Shown here: one piece after another, positions 52,673 through 64,000 of the stretch
Position numbering within the stretch: position 1 is the stretch's first letter
Layout of the letters: the number at the start of each line of letters is the position of its first letter
Assembly: GCF_006345805.1 (NCBI RefSeq)
Contig: NC_042999.1
Location: 170,376,001-170,440,000 of the forward strand
Length of the DNA stretch: 64,000 nucleotides
From: Octopus sinensis
Taxonomy: Eukaryota
Direction of reading: 5' to 3'
Made by a program: the position numbers and the translations under genes
The notes under the pieces: model-generated
The model's database searches: none
Told to the model about the DNA's origin: nothing
Seen by the model: the letters and a program-made list of their open reading frames with translations, nothing else

Positions 52673-54017
52673 GCCGGCTCTACCTAAAACGAAAACAAGG
52701 CGGAAGAGGTTTAACATCGATCCAAAATGCCTTTGAAGGTCGCATCATATCTCTTCGGCAAGATCTTTTAACCACCAAGTGTCGAAGTGCATCCCTTGAC
52801 CAAGTTTGCATACATGAGGCTGATAACATCATAAGACTTGTAAGGAAGCTCCTTGAGCAACACTCCTTGTTTGATAACTAGAATACAAGCTCAAAGAAGT
52901 CGCACGACTCTACCGCAACGTATCATCAGATGAAAGGATGAGCCAATATGAGCAAAAGACTATGCATTGACATGTTACTAGAAAGCTCCGAGATGACGGT
53001 AACATTGATCATCAAAGCAGTCTATCCTGGACCAATAACCGGATTACTACTTCCCACTTTGAAGGGTATGCGTTTGCAATCCAGGAACAGGAAATATCAA
53101 TCAAATACCTGATGCACAAAAGGAATAGAGATGCAGATAAAGCCGTAAGTGTAACAATCGATGCAAACTTGTGGCGTTCACACTGAAAATATCACCCACA
53201 TCATAATCAGTTGTCCGAAAATGTCATCACGCTATTATCTACCGATGAGACATGACGTTGTAGCTAGGAACTCTATAATGAAATCCGTCGGAAGGATAAT
53301 CTCGAGGAGAAAGAAATAAGAACTCACAGTATGGTAGAAGCCATAGCCACTCATAATGAAAAGGATTACTGGTGGAATGTCTCAGTGAAAACCGCAATAA
53401 AATGTTAGCACAACGGACCTGATATAATGATTTAGGATAGAGGAGAAACTGTGCACAGTTGTGGAAATTAGCTACTCAGCGGATGTTGACATAAAACTGA
53501 AGATCAGTGAAAAAGAGAACACCTATGCTAAATTATTGAGGAATCTGCAGTTACTCTGTACAGATTACTCTGTTCAGGCTTATACCTGTAATTATTGGAG
53601 TCCCCAGATATGTAACACACTGCCTAAATACAAATCTTGAGAAATTAGGCTTCTCAAAACCAGAAAGGAGAAAGTTAATTCGAAGACTTCAGATCCATCA
53701 CTAGAACTGTAAAAATCTGTAAAACTTTCCAGAAGTTTATCATTTAAATATATATGAACATGTCTAGATATACAACTATATGCATGAGAATACATACATA
53801 AACATACGAATCTGCACATACATACATACATACATACATACATACATACATACATACATACATACATACATACATACATACATACATACATACATACATA
53901 CAAAAATAACCTGTTGTTGATGTTGAAATTCCACTGAAGGAGCCTTGGATTTACGTTAGAAAACGGCTCTTTCTCTATTGGTAAGAAATCTTGTAATAAA
54001 ACTGAACAATGACATAC
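52673..54017 (+). mobile_element. 5'-truncated R4/Dong-like RLE retroelement, fragment A
   Basis: RLYLKRKQGGRGL, FEGYAFAIQEQE, C..CG...E...H...CP...MRHD, YWWN...PDIMI...VEIS, IPVIIG; many stops; 3'UTR with (CATA)n at 53815-53901. Confidence 0.75.
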
Positions 54018-54029
54018 ATATATGCATAG

Positions 54030-54556
54030 AAAATCCCTCAGTTATGGAATACATTCATAAACACCAACTCAAAGAATACTGGTGGAATATTCCTATCAAA
54101 ACTTCTGTCAGATGTAAGCATAACAGGCCGGATATTGTTGTTTGAGACAGTGGGACAAAGGCATGTACCATCATAGAGGTTAGTTGCCCTGCAGTTATAA
54201 ATATATCTTTGAAAACCAAAGAAAAAGAGGATATCAATGGACAACTGCATCGAAACCTCCAGCTTCTATATCCAGACTATGAAGTCATACTCATACCAAT
54301 AATAATTTGAGCACTAAGTTTTGTTAGTAAATGCTTAAAGGAGAATCTGGATAAACTGGGATTTTCAGAAAGAGAAATTGACCGGCTGATTCGTACATTA
54401 CAAGGGCTATCTGTGAATGGAACTTTAAAAATATGCAAGACTTTTCTGAAGTTCCAAACGTGAATTTGCCTGTGTTAATTACATCCGAAAGATGGAGCCT
54501 TGTTGGAAACCGGGTCCCTCCTCAGCGGAAGATTTATAGTAATTAAAAATAGAAGA
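54030..54556 (+). mobile_element. 5'-truncated R4/Dong-like RLE retroelement, fragment B (different subfamily)
   Basis: EYWWNIPIKTSVRCKHNRPDIVV...IIEVSCPA...LQLLYPDY..ILIPII...KICKTFLKF; paralogous to fragment A. Confidence 0.75.
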
Positions 54557-55189
54557 TACATACATACAGAGATGAAATGTTATGAATTTGTTCTCTGTAA
54601 TATTATACAATAACGTGTTCCCTTGATGATCAATTGTACATCGAACTGCACTTGAAACATTCAATGCAAAGATTCTAGTTAACCAGAACGGTGAAAGTAC
54701 GCAGGGAACAATATATGATTTATGTTTATCATAATTTCTTATGTATATACATGTGTCGAGGCATTCAATGGTGAAAGGAGGAAGGGCGGTGCCTATGACA
54801 CCTTTCGGGGACTCCGAGTCCACTTAAAAGAAGGAAGCCTTCTTCAACTCAGAGACCTGGCCCGAATGCTGCAATAAAGAGGAATCGTTAGAAATCACCC
54901 AAGAGAAATAAAGTGTCTATGTGGCGCAAACTGGATCATAAATAAGTCCAGTACAAGAACACTCTATTTAGGGTTTCCATACTCTTTGTAATAGCTCCAG
55001 AGAGAGTCAGATTGACATACAGAAATCCAACCATTTCAACATATATGTAATAATTGTGGTTCAAGTAAGAATCGAACTTGTGTCACATAATTGACTTCCT
55101 GAGAGTTTACCACCATCAACCCTTACCAGCATGCCATCCATTATTATACAGCCGTTTTGCAAATGCAGTAAAAGTTACTACCGCGTCGT

Positions 55190-55227
<38 letters not shown>

Positions 55228-56559
55228 TAGTAGTAATGGCATATGTATCGTGATTATGAGAAAGAGCGAGGTAGGGGAATCTAATGGAATTGGTATGTAA
55301 AGTTTGTCTGGTCAGTTACGTTAACCGGAGATGTTATCAATAATGTTTTGATTAATATAAAAACAAAGTCTAGAGAGAGAAAAAAAAAAAGCAGAGACAG
55401 CGCTAGCATTACTAGAGCCAGGAAGACTCATTATGCTTATTTATTGAGTTTGAGTCGATCCGAAATGGCAAAGAAATCAGAGAGTAGAGTTATGGAGTGG
55501 AAGCGGAAATAAGAAAATATAGCAGACAGTGTAAGGGAAGGTATGTGTGTGTGTGGTGTGTGTGTTGAATGTGCGTGAGTGTGTTTGTGTGTTTGTGTGT
55601 GTGTTGAAGGTGCGTGAGTGTGTTTTGTGTGTGTGTGTGTGTGTGTGTGTTGTTGAAGGTGCATGGCTTAGTGATTCGGGTATTCGGCTCACGGTCATGA
55701 GTTCGATTCCTAATGGCGCGTTGTGTCCTTGAGCTAAACACTTTATTTCACGTTGCACTAGTCCACCCGGCTAGCAAACATGAGTTGTACCTGCAATATC
55801 TGTAGCTACATTAAGAATACACGTGTGTGTGGAGTGCTCAGCCACTTGCACGTTAATTTCATGAGCAGGCTGTTCCGTTGACTTGATCTATGGGAACACT
55901 CATCGTTGTAACCGACAGAATGCCAGTTAATATGTGTATGTGTATGGGGGAAGTATTTGTGTGTGTAAGCGCGTGTGTGTTAGCATAAAGTAGCATGAAG
56001 TTTAAAAAAAGAAAGGAGAAAAAAATCCAAGTGCAAACAAGGTTGATAAAAATGACAACTGTTTAAATATTCCGTTCACTGAGCATACTTTCAGTTATTC
56101 ATATGAGCTTATGTTTAATTGAAAACCAAGTTGTTTTTGTTTTAATGATTTTTATCGGGTAAATCATACAAAGAAGAGTAACACATGTCGTTGTATGGTT
56201 GAGTTACAAGAATTATAAAATCTGAACCGACGATAAATTATAGATCTATCGTGAGAGTTTGAACAGTTCAGCGACCGTCATTAAGTTCAAATTAAGTGGG
56301 TAAAAATGAAGGACATAGATGAAACTGCAGCAAACAACGGTGATGGATGAGTAGCAGCGGCGTTAATCACGTCAATGAATGTAAAATGATCGAATGAAGG
56401 AGCCTTTACACAGACATTCAGTTTGCGAAGAACAGGAGCGAAATCTAATTAAGATTTCACCCTTTTTTTAATGGCTTAGAGGAAAATAAGCAATCCCATA
56501 ACATTTGCAGTGATTAAGAATGTTGAATGTAAGGGAGGATTTGGGTTTCAGATGGACTG

Positions 56560-56730
56560 TGGTCCCTACACATTCCAGGCATTGAAGCTTTTCTTATTTT
56601 CTCTCCATTCAAACTGACTGGTCTTGTGATTCGCAAAAGCGAAGAAAATCCAACAAAATTCGATTTACGATGATGCACGTCGGATGATGTCTTTTAATCG
56701 TTTTACTGCGGATATCAGATATATCCACTC
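56560..56730 (+). mobile_element. Possible piggyBac-like transposase relic
   Basis: EAFL..LTGL and MMSFNRFTADIRYIH resemble the piggyBac MS.NRF..I...LHF motif; short and broken. Confidence 0.3.
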
Positions 56731-57577
56731 AAAATTTCATTACTATTAAATGTGAAAAGCTGTTCTATGTACCAACCAGTGGTGGCTCGTGTATAGGCAC
56801 TGTGGAACTGCAGCTCCCCCCATTTCCACTCGATATTATCGATAACATTCAATATAATGAGTCCTTTTTTTTCTTTAATTCCTTCTTTATACTTGTACAT
56901 TATATAATCCTTAAGCTAAATGTCTGTAGCCATCTCCCAGTTTATGAAAAAAACTAAAACATCCTTGTATAGAACTGTGCGCTTCGCAGTCCCAGCGACA
57001 CGGTGTTTGACTGTTGTGCGCATGCTCATATGTTCGAGATAGGAAGCTTCACGCTGGGGAGAGAGAGCACTGTCGTTCACGTAGTGTTGGTGAAAGGTAG
57101 AGTTTCTTTTTGACTTTGCATGTGTTGTGCTTAAAAACGTGTTTATATTCTTGAATATGATACAGTGTAGAATTAGATTATTATCCTGCTTCCAGCTTCA
57201 GTGTTGCTGCCAGGATTTGAAAAATAGGGCAGATTTCCCCGCTTATTTTGTGATTTAGGGGATTTTTGAAAAACAAGGAGAAATTCACGGCAGTTTTCAG
57301 TGAACAAATTCTACACACTTCCCGACAGTGGCCCAAAAAGTGAAAGGATCAAGTTTATGTATAAATTTTCTTCTTATATGTTTGTTTCCTTTGTTTATGA
57401 AAGGTTTGTGCAGCACATTTTCTCCCTCCCTCAATCAGATGTCGAAATGATCCCAGAGCAACTTGAAATGAAGTGTTTTGCTCAAGAACATAATGCAGCA
57501 ACCGGTCTGGGAAATGAAATCACTATTTCGCGATCGTGAGTGAAACACTGTAACCGCCAGGCCAAGTGCCTTCACTG

Positions 57578-57630
<53 letters not shown>

Positions 57631-58537
57631 CGTATGGTTCGGTGGTATGTTCCATACTTTCGGTTGTTGCTTGGGACATGGATGTTATTGCGAAGAGGCC
57701 CAGGCAATAAAACTTGACCTAACAAAAGAGCCAAGATGGGTCTGCTGGGACAATAGGGAGCTGCCCCAGCTCTAAGCTATTGCTCATTTTTTAGCTGAGT
57801 GGATTCGAATCACAAGTAACAAAGCGTCTTGCTGAAGGACATAACGCGCTGCCAAGCTCCGGAATCGAACCCAGTTGACGACAATTAGATCAACATTCTT
57901 AACCGCTAGGCTACGAGCCTTACTTAAACGCACACGCATCCTTTGCTTGGGTTTGGGTGTATTCTGGTCACTTGGTGACCACATGACCTTGCATAAATTT
58001 ATTTTGTATTATATAATTTATATATAAACGTGTATATGGTTGGTATATTGGTAGAGAACTCATATGTGATGTATAAATAGCAAAAATAGCTTCCATTTCA
58101 TCATAGAACATTGTTTCGATCTACAGATGCTTTCCCTTCACCACTCTCAATACAAATTTTTACAAATCTATAATGTACTATTTCTTTTAATTTCCTTACA
58201 GTACTTCTATTACATCATCCATTACATGTTGTTTATTTATTTCTATGCTTTGTACTGTGTTGAACGTACGAAGTATAATAGCTACACAATACACACTGCA
58301 GAACTAGGACATTAATTTGCATACTGACAGGCGACATGTCATTGCTATTCCGAGAGATACATTTGACAAACTATGTATTGCAAATTTTTTTCTGGGTGTT
58401 TCTTCATTTGCCATTTTCGACTCAGCTAGAATCAAATCAATTCTATAAATGTTTCCCCAGCGCAGTGCAGCAATCGAGCTTGCTAGTATATACAATATAT
58501 ATACATTTCTACACATTTACACACATGCACACATATA

Positions 58538-58758
58538 GGAGGATGCGCTGGAAAGCTTCTGGCTTTAAGGGTATCGCGAAAGGCGTTGCTGGTTGGAAGC
58601 ACAACCTTCCCAGTGCTTCTATAGGGCTTAGAAAAACTGAAGGACCACTGCAATAAGTGTGTGAATCTGAGAGGGGAATACGCTGAGTAAAATCCTAATT
58701 AATTGCTCCTCCTGTATTTTCTCTTACCCAAAGCCAGGAACTTTTCAGCACCGCCTCG
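58538..58758 (+). mobile_element. Mariner-derived MITE
   Basis: Degenerate TIRs (GGAGGATGCGCTGGAAAGCTT / AACTTTTCAGCACCGCCTCG) around a transposase C-terminal remnant GLEKLKDHCNKCVNLRGEYAE. Confidence 0.6.
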
Positions 58759-59589
58759 CATCTTTTTTGCTGTGTTGATGCTGCCTATTAAGACACAAAC
58801 ACGCGATCACGGCTGAAAGCAGAATGAAAGCAGACTTTTACTTAATGCAAATTTTACTCGTGCAAATTCCAGATAGTTCTTGATTCCTTAAGATTATCTT
58901 TCCTCTTCGACATCGGTGGCAATAGCCGCTAGACGTTGGTCTACCTTCTCTCGCAATCTGAATAGTTTCAGTAAATCAATTAATTTGGTGAACTTCTTGA
59001 TATTATTGTTCAAATTAAGTCCTGACCGCACTGAACGTGGTTTTACACTTTGTATACTTCCTTATGTTTTTTCTGTTTTGTTTTTTCTTGTGCTTGTGCG
59101 TATATAGACGTATGTATGAACTTTTACGGTGCGCGCGTGTGTGTATGAGTTTGTATATATATGCATATACATTTGGCGAAAAATGCGAGTGAAGATGTGT
59201 ACGTTTTCATAGTGACGTACACGTACGCACGTGTATGCGTATGAGTAAGCATGCTTACGTGTTTACTATGAACTTTTAACCTTATTTTAATTAGCGGTCA
59301 TTGGATTAGCACTTTTATATAAGTAGCGGAATTATAACACAGTAATTTCCCTTTGTATAACGGTCTTTTTTCATAGCGTTTTTCAGATGGCCAGATAACC
59401 GAAGAAATGGTGTTGTGGATTTCCACCTCGGCATCCGAAACTCAGAGTTTTATCTTGGCTATTGAATGATTGTCACATATTATTTTACAGATATATATAT
59501 ACATACATATATATGTATATGTATATATATACATACGTTTATATATTTGTTGTGCAAGATTTTTTATGTGAAATCGTGTGTTGAAACAG

Positions 59590-59886
59590 ATATTGTTGTA
59601 TTTCGGAATGGTCATTTTGCCAGGTTAGCCAATAAAAACACGCACTATATATTTGGTGTTACTTTGCTTCAGTGTTATTTATTTTTTACATTAAACTTAA
59701 TCTTATTTCGGCCAGAGTTCTTTCGTCACACATAAGAAAGAAGAAAGCAAAGGACCACTGATGCGGTCACAGGAGTGTGACGAACGAACTCTGGCCGAAA
59801 TAAATAAATAACACTGAAGCAAAGTAGAACCAAATATATAGTGCGTGTTTTTATTGGCTAAACTGGCAAAATGACCATTCCGAAAT

Positions 59887-59896
<10 letters not shown>
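59590..59896. mobile_element. Palindromic (inverted terminal-repeat) Penelope-like fragment with hammerhead-like motif at 59752-59796
   Basis: Arms 59590-59731 and 59775-59896 are reverse complements apart from a roughly 20-bp indel. Confidence 0.6.
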
Positions 59897-59944
<48 letters not shown>

Positions 59945-60005
59945 GTATTTCGGACGGTCATTTCTTTTTACCAAATAAACTCACTATATATTTTTTCTCA
60001 CTCGC

Positions 60006-60267
60006 TCGTTTATTACTGTTCTTATTATATTATTTTAACTCATGTGCATTGTCCGGAAATCTTTCGTCACACATCTGTGACCTCTTCTGTGACACTTTTC
60101 ATTTTCTTGTGTGTTTTTGCTTCACTTCCAAGAACAGAATGGAGTAAGTGGAGCAGGAACACATACGAAAACGAAAAGTGTTGCTGAAGAGGTCACAGAT
60201 GTGTGGCGAAAGATTTCCGGACAATGAACATGAGTTAAAATAATATAATAAGAACAGTAATAAACGA
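60006..60267. mobile_element. Second palindromic Penelope-like fragment, with a hammerhead-like motif in each arm
   Basis: Arms 60006-60100 and 60173-60267; CUGAAGAG-GUCACA-GAUG-UGUGGC-GAAAGAUUUC at 60184-60217. Confidence 0.6.
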
Positions 60268-60423
60268 CTGAAGAAAAACTCTATGGTGCATGGGATTATT
60301 TAGCAAAAAAAAAAATGACCATTCCGAAATACAACAATATCGGTTTCGGTTCCAGCACACGATTTCATGTCAAGAATCTTGCAACACAAACTGATAGATA
60401 GATATATATATATATATATATAT

Positions 60424-60458
<35 letters not shown>

Positions 60459-60459
60459 T

Positions 60460-60529
60460 GTTTCTTTATTAGCCACACAGGGCTGCACACAGATAGAACA
60501 AATTACAAGTAGAGCTTTTCTTTTGAAGG

Positions 60530-60566
<37 letters not shown>

Positions 60567-63243
60567 AAGGGGAGGTTCGATCAAAAGGGATCGTAAAAGG
60601 AGAGAAAGAGACAAAAATAAGGGGGGTTAAAAAAAAAAAAAAATGGGGGAGGGAGAGGAAAAAAAAATGATCAATAGGGATCGTTATCACAGAAATGTCA
60701 ATATGAAGTGTAAAGGGGGGACAGGTGAGGTTTACCCGTGGAAAGAAAAGCCTGCGGAAAAGACCACGGTAACCTCGGTCAATGAAGTCACATTTTATAT
60801 TTTTTTTTTTTTTTTTTTTTTTTTGCAAATAAGCAACTCTCTGTTTCGATTTCTGGGTTCATAGGACTATGCTCAAGGTGGCTTCGTCATTCATACGTGC
60901 CATTCTTGGCTACATTCACCCATCTTTTTTTAAAACATTCGCTAGACAAAACTTGCCTCTCTACTCTCACTTTCCTTTTCAAGTGGTACTTGAAGAAGTT
61001 GATGAGAGATTGACCAGAGAGGAAAGTGTTTGTCTCCAATCCTTTCAGACGCGTCCACCAGATACATTCTTTCGCCATAGCCACAAGGATGATGAAAATA
61101 GCTCTTCCTTCCCGTTTGAAGGAAGGAGGCGTGACAATATTGACGATAGACTCAGCTGATAAACCGACTCGTCCCACACGTGACAGCAGTTTTCGACATA
61201 AGCCCACAGGTCGGAAATTGTGGGACACTGAACGAGTGCGTGCAGAACGGTTTCGTCGCTCTGACCGCATCTCGGGCAGGTCGGCCCCGTGTTCTCGAGC
61301 CGTGTCTGTAGAGCTTATCCCGAACGGGTAGCGCTTCTCGGTAGCACTGCCAGGCCAGGGATCTCTGGAAGTTGTCCATGGGCCCTGGCCCGAAATCGTC
61401 CCGAACAGGCGGGTCAGGTACTCCTCGTCGACCGTCCAGGTTCGCCCCGAGCTCGTCGTCGTACCTCCCCTCCACTAAACCCCTATAGAATGCTTTGGTT
61501 GTGTTGAAGTCACTTAAGGTCGACCCAGGACGGCAGAGTTGCTTGAGAGCAACGCGACACTCACGGTGCCATTCGCCCTTCCTCGGCCTCTTTTTGATCC
61601 ACGACTGCAATTCGGTCATGGAGACGAGCTGCGGGAAAGCGTGCCTCACAAACGGCGACCACACCTGTTCACCGTCGTCTACATAGAGCCAGAGATGTCG
61701 CAGTCTCAGCGCGTGTCTGCGCATCATCAACCACGGCATGCCCAGCCCTCCTTTTAGCGGGTGTTGACAGCAAATGGATCGCCTGACCATCGGGACGCAT
61801 CCTTTCCACAAGAAGCGAAAGAGGATGCGTTGTAGTTTGGTGATGGTAGGGTCGGGACAAGGTACGACGGTCAGGCGGTAGTAGATGACGGACGCGATGT
61901 ACGTGTTCGCCACCTCCGCTCGACCTTTTAGGGACAGTTTCCTCTCGGCCTATTGCCGGGCGAGAGTGACCACCCTACTCGTTATCTCGTTCCAGTTCTT
62001 CTCCACTTGGAGGTCCGGACCAAACCAGACCCCGAGCAATCAAACCGGGCCGTCGGTCCAGCGTCCCACGACGGAGGCGCTGGTGTGGACGGCATGGGCT
62101 TGCTTCTCCAGGTGCCTAGTCGCAAGCCCACTGACTTTTCCCGGTTGATTTTCGCTCCTGTCACCGCTTCGTAGTTTTCAGTGTCTCGCCGACCAGATCG
62201 ATGTGCTCGTGGCTAGACACTATGACGGTGACGTTCGTCCGCGTATGCAGACACGCTCGTCCCGCATCCCAATTCTCGCGGGATGCCCCTTAGAGTCGCC
62301 AGCTTCCGCAGTAGTGGCTCAAGAGTCAATACGTATAGAAGCGCGAGAGGGGGGCATCCCTGATGGACCGAACGTGCAATGTCGAAAGGTCTCGATAGAT
62401 GTCCATTTACGCGAATTACCGAACGGATGCCTCTGTACAAGGCAGCTATCCAGCCGCGGAAGACGGGACCGAAACCGCCGCTCTCAGGACGCCTCCAAGT
62501 ATCGATGGTCTACCCTATCAAGGCTTTTGATTGATCCAAGTTGATCAGGGCCCCACCCATGCCAGGTTCGTTAACTACCCTGTCTATGATGTAGCGCATC
62601 AGATGGAGGTTGTCATGGATGGTCCGGCCTGGCACGGCGCATGTTTGCGCCTTGTCGACCAGTTTCTCGATGACAAGCGCCAACCTCTTGGCTAGCACCT
62701 TGGCCAAAATTTTCAAGTCTGCATTAAGCAGAGTGATGGGCCTAAAGTTATCTATTACATTTCCCTTGTTTAGATCTTTCTTCAGCAGTGTTACGGCTCC
62801 TCGGCTCACAAAACCAGGAATGCTCCCGTTTTGCTGCCAGTTGCAGTACACCGCCGCCAAGAGATCTCCAAACAAGTCTGGCATACAATTGTAAAGCTCG
62901 TAGGGTAGACCATCCAAACCCGGTGATTTGTCCCTCGAGCATTCTGCCATCGCTTCCCGCACTTCCGCCGCCGTGATGGCACCTTCGCAGCACCCTGCCT
63001 TTCTTGTCGAGAGTCGTGGTAGGCTATGTAGGTAGGCACTGAAGTCCACCCTACGTTCTTGCCCTCCACTCGTTCCGAACAGTCGGGCAAAATGCTGCTG
63101 AAAGGCCTCACACATTTTACTTGGCTCGAGCAATTCGCGCCCCTGTTCATCTACCAGTGACCGAATGGTGGCTTTGTTGCCCTGTTGCGCCTCTGCCACC
63201 CGGGCCTCTCTCGCGGCTCCAACACCTTCGTTCCTTAGAGCAC
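60460..63243 (-). mobile_element. 5'-truncated Tx1-clade LINE (copy 3), same family as copy 2
   Basis: Minus-strand ORF pieces match ORF2 of copy 2 closely; multiple frameshifts; same 3' end; (TATC)n at both junctions. Confidence 0.93.
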
Positions 63244-63345
63244 AGATAGATAGATAGATAGATAAACTTACTTGGAAATGGATGCGTGACGTTCTATCAA
63301 ATAATAATATAAATAATATATATATATGCATACATATATGTATAT

Positions 63346-63393
<48 letters not shown>

Positions 63394-64000
63394 GCATATA
63401 TGTCTTTTTTTCTCTGTCTCGAAATGGTGCTTATAATGTCTTATGATATTTTACGGTAAAAACCTTAATAGTTGAGTCAGTCGTCAAATATTTTAATAAT
63501 AAGAGAGAAAACTCATTTCATGAGAAACCAAGCAAGGCAAAATGGGAGACTACACAGAGTTAGAAAGATTCATGCTTCAAGAGTTACCCTGTGCGTGCAC
63601 TCGTGTATGCGTGTGTATGTGTGTGTGTGTAAATTTATACACACATATATACATACATAGGTACACGTAAACATTTATGCACACACACACACACACACAC
63701 ATTTCAATACGGAGCAAATATTTCACGAAAAAATAATTTTCAATGATATCATTGACTCTGCTATTATCTAGTATAACAATTTAAAAATGACAATAACAGA
63801 ATCAATAATATAGGCGAATGCAGGCCCAAGAACAGCATTAAATAGCTGAAGGATTAAAATTAATCAAAGGACATACTTAGCATGTCCTTTGATTAATTAT
63901 ATATTGTCGGCTGTCCATCTGCTTACTCCTCATTTCGAGCACTGAAAGACAATATGAGTTTTCGAAGGGCCGTTGCTCCTGCAAACCAAAATAAAATTTG

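Noticed and set aside
54760-54880. Exon-like segment with a strong minus-strand acceptor
   Set aside because: All three frames hit stops within about 45 nt and no homology was recognised.

Overview
AT-rich, microsatellite-laden, repeat-dominated animal genomic DNA. The tRNA-derived SINE families and TA/CA/GATA/CATA arrays look like octopod (coleoid cephalopod) sequence; this is inferred from repeat style, not from a search. One convincing host gene: an intronless, divergent EB1/MAPRE-family ORF (10363-11493, +) with an unusually long coiled coil. Mobile elements make up most of the rest: three Tx1-clade LINE copies (one near full length, 32287-38428), a HERO-like and two R4-like restriction-endonuclease retroelement 3' fragments, two mariner copies plus a mariner MITE, Helitron pieces, many SINEs, and several inverted-repeat Penelope-like fragments with hammerhead ribozyme motifs. 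Most notable patterns: (1) two Tx1 copies are each bracketed by (TATC)n, suggesting a GATA-microsatellite-targeting family; (2) a SINE shares that LINE's 3' tail and stem-loop; (3) an inverted-repeat-bounded, tRNA-like-headed element carries an intact minimal hammerhead; (4) the long-armed EB1 retrogene-like ORF. Most ORFs in the supplied track are translations of microsatellites and are not genes. All alignments and folds were done by eye.
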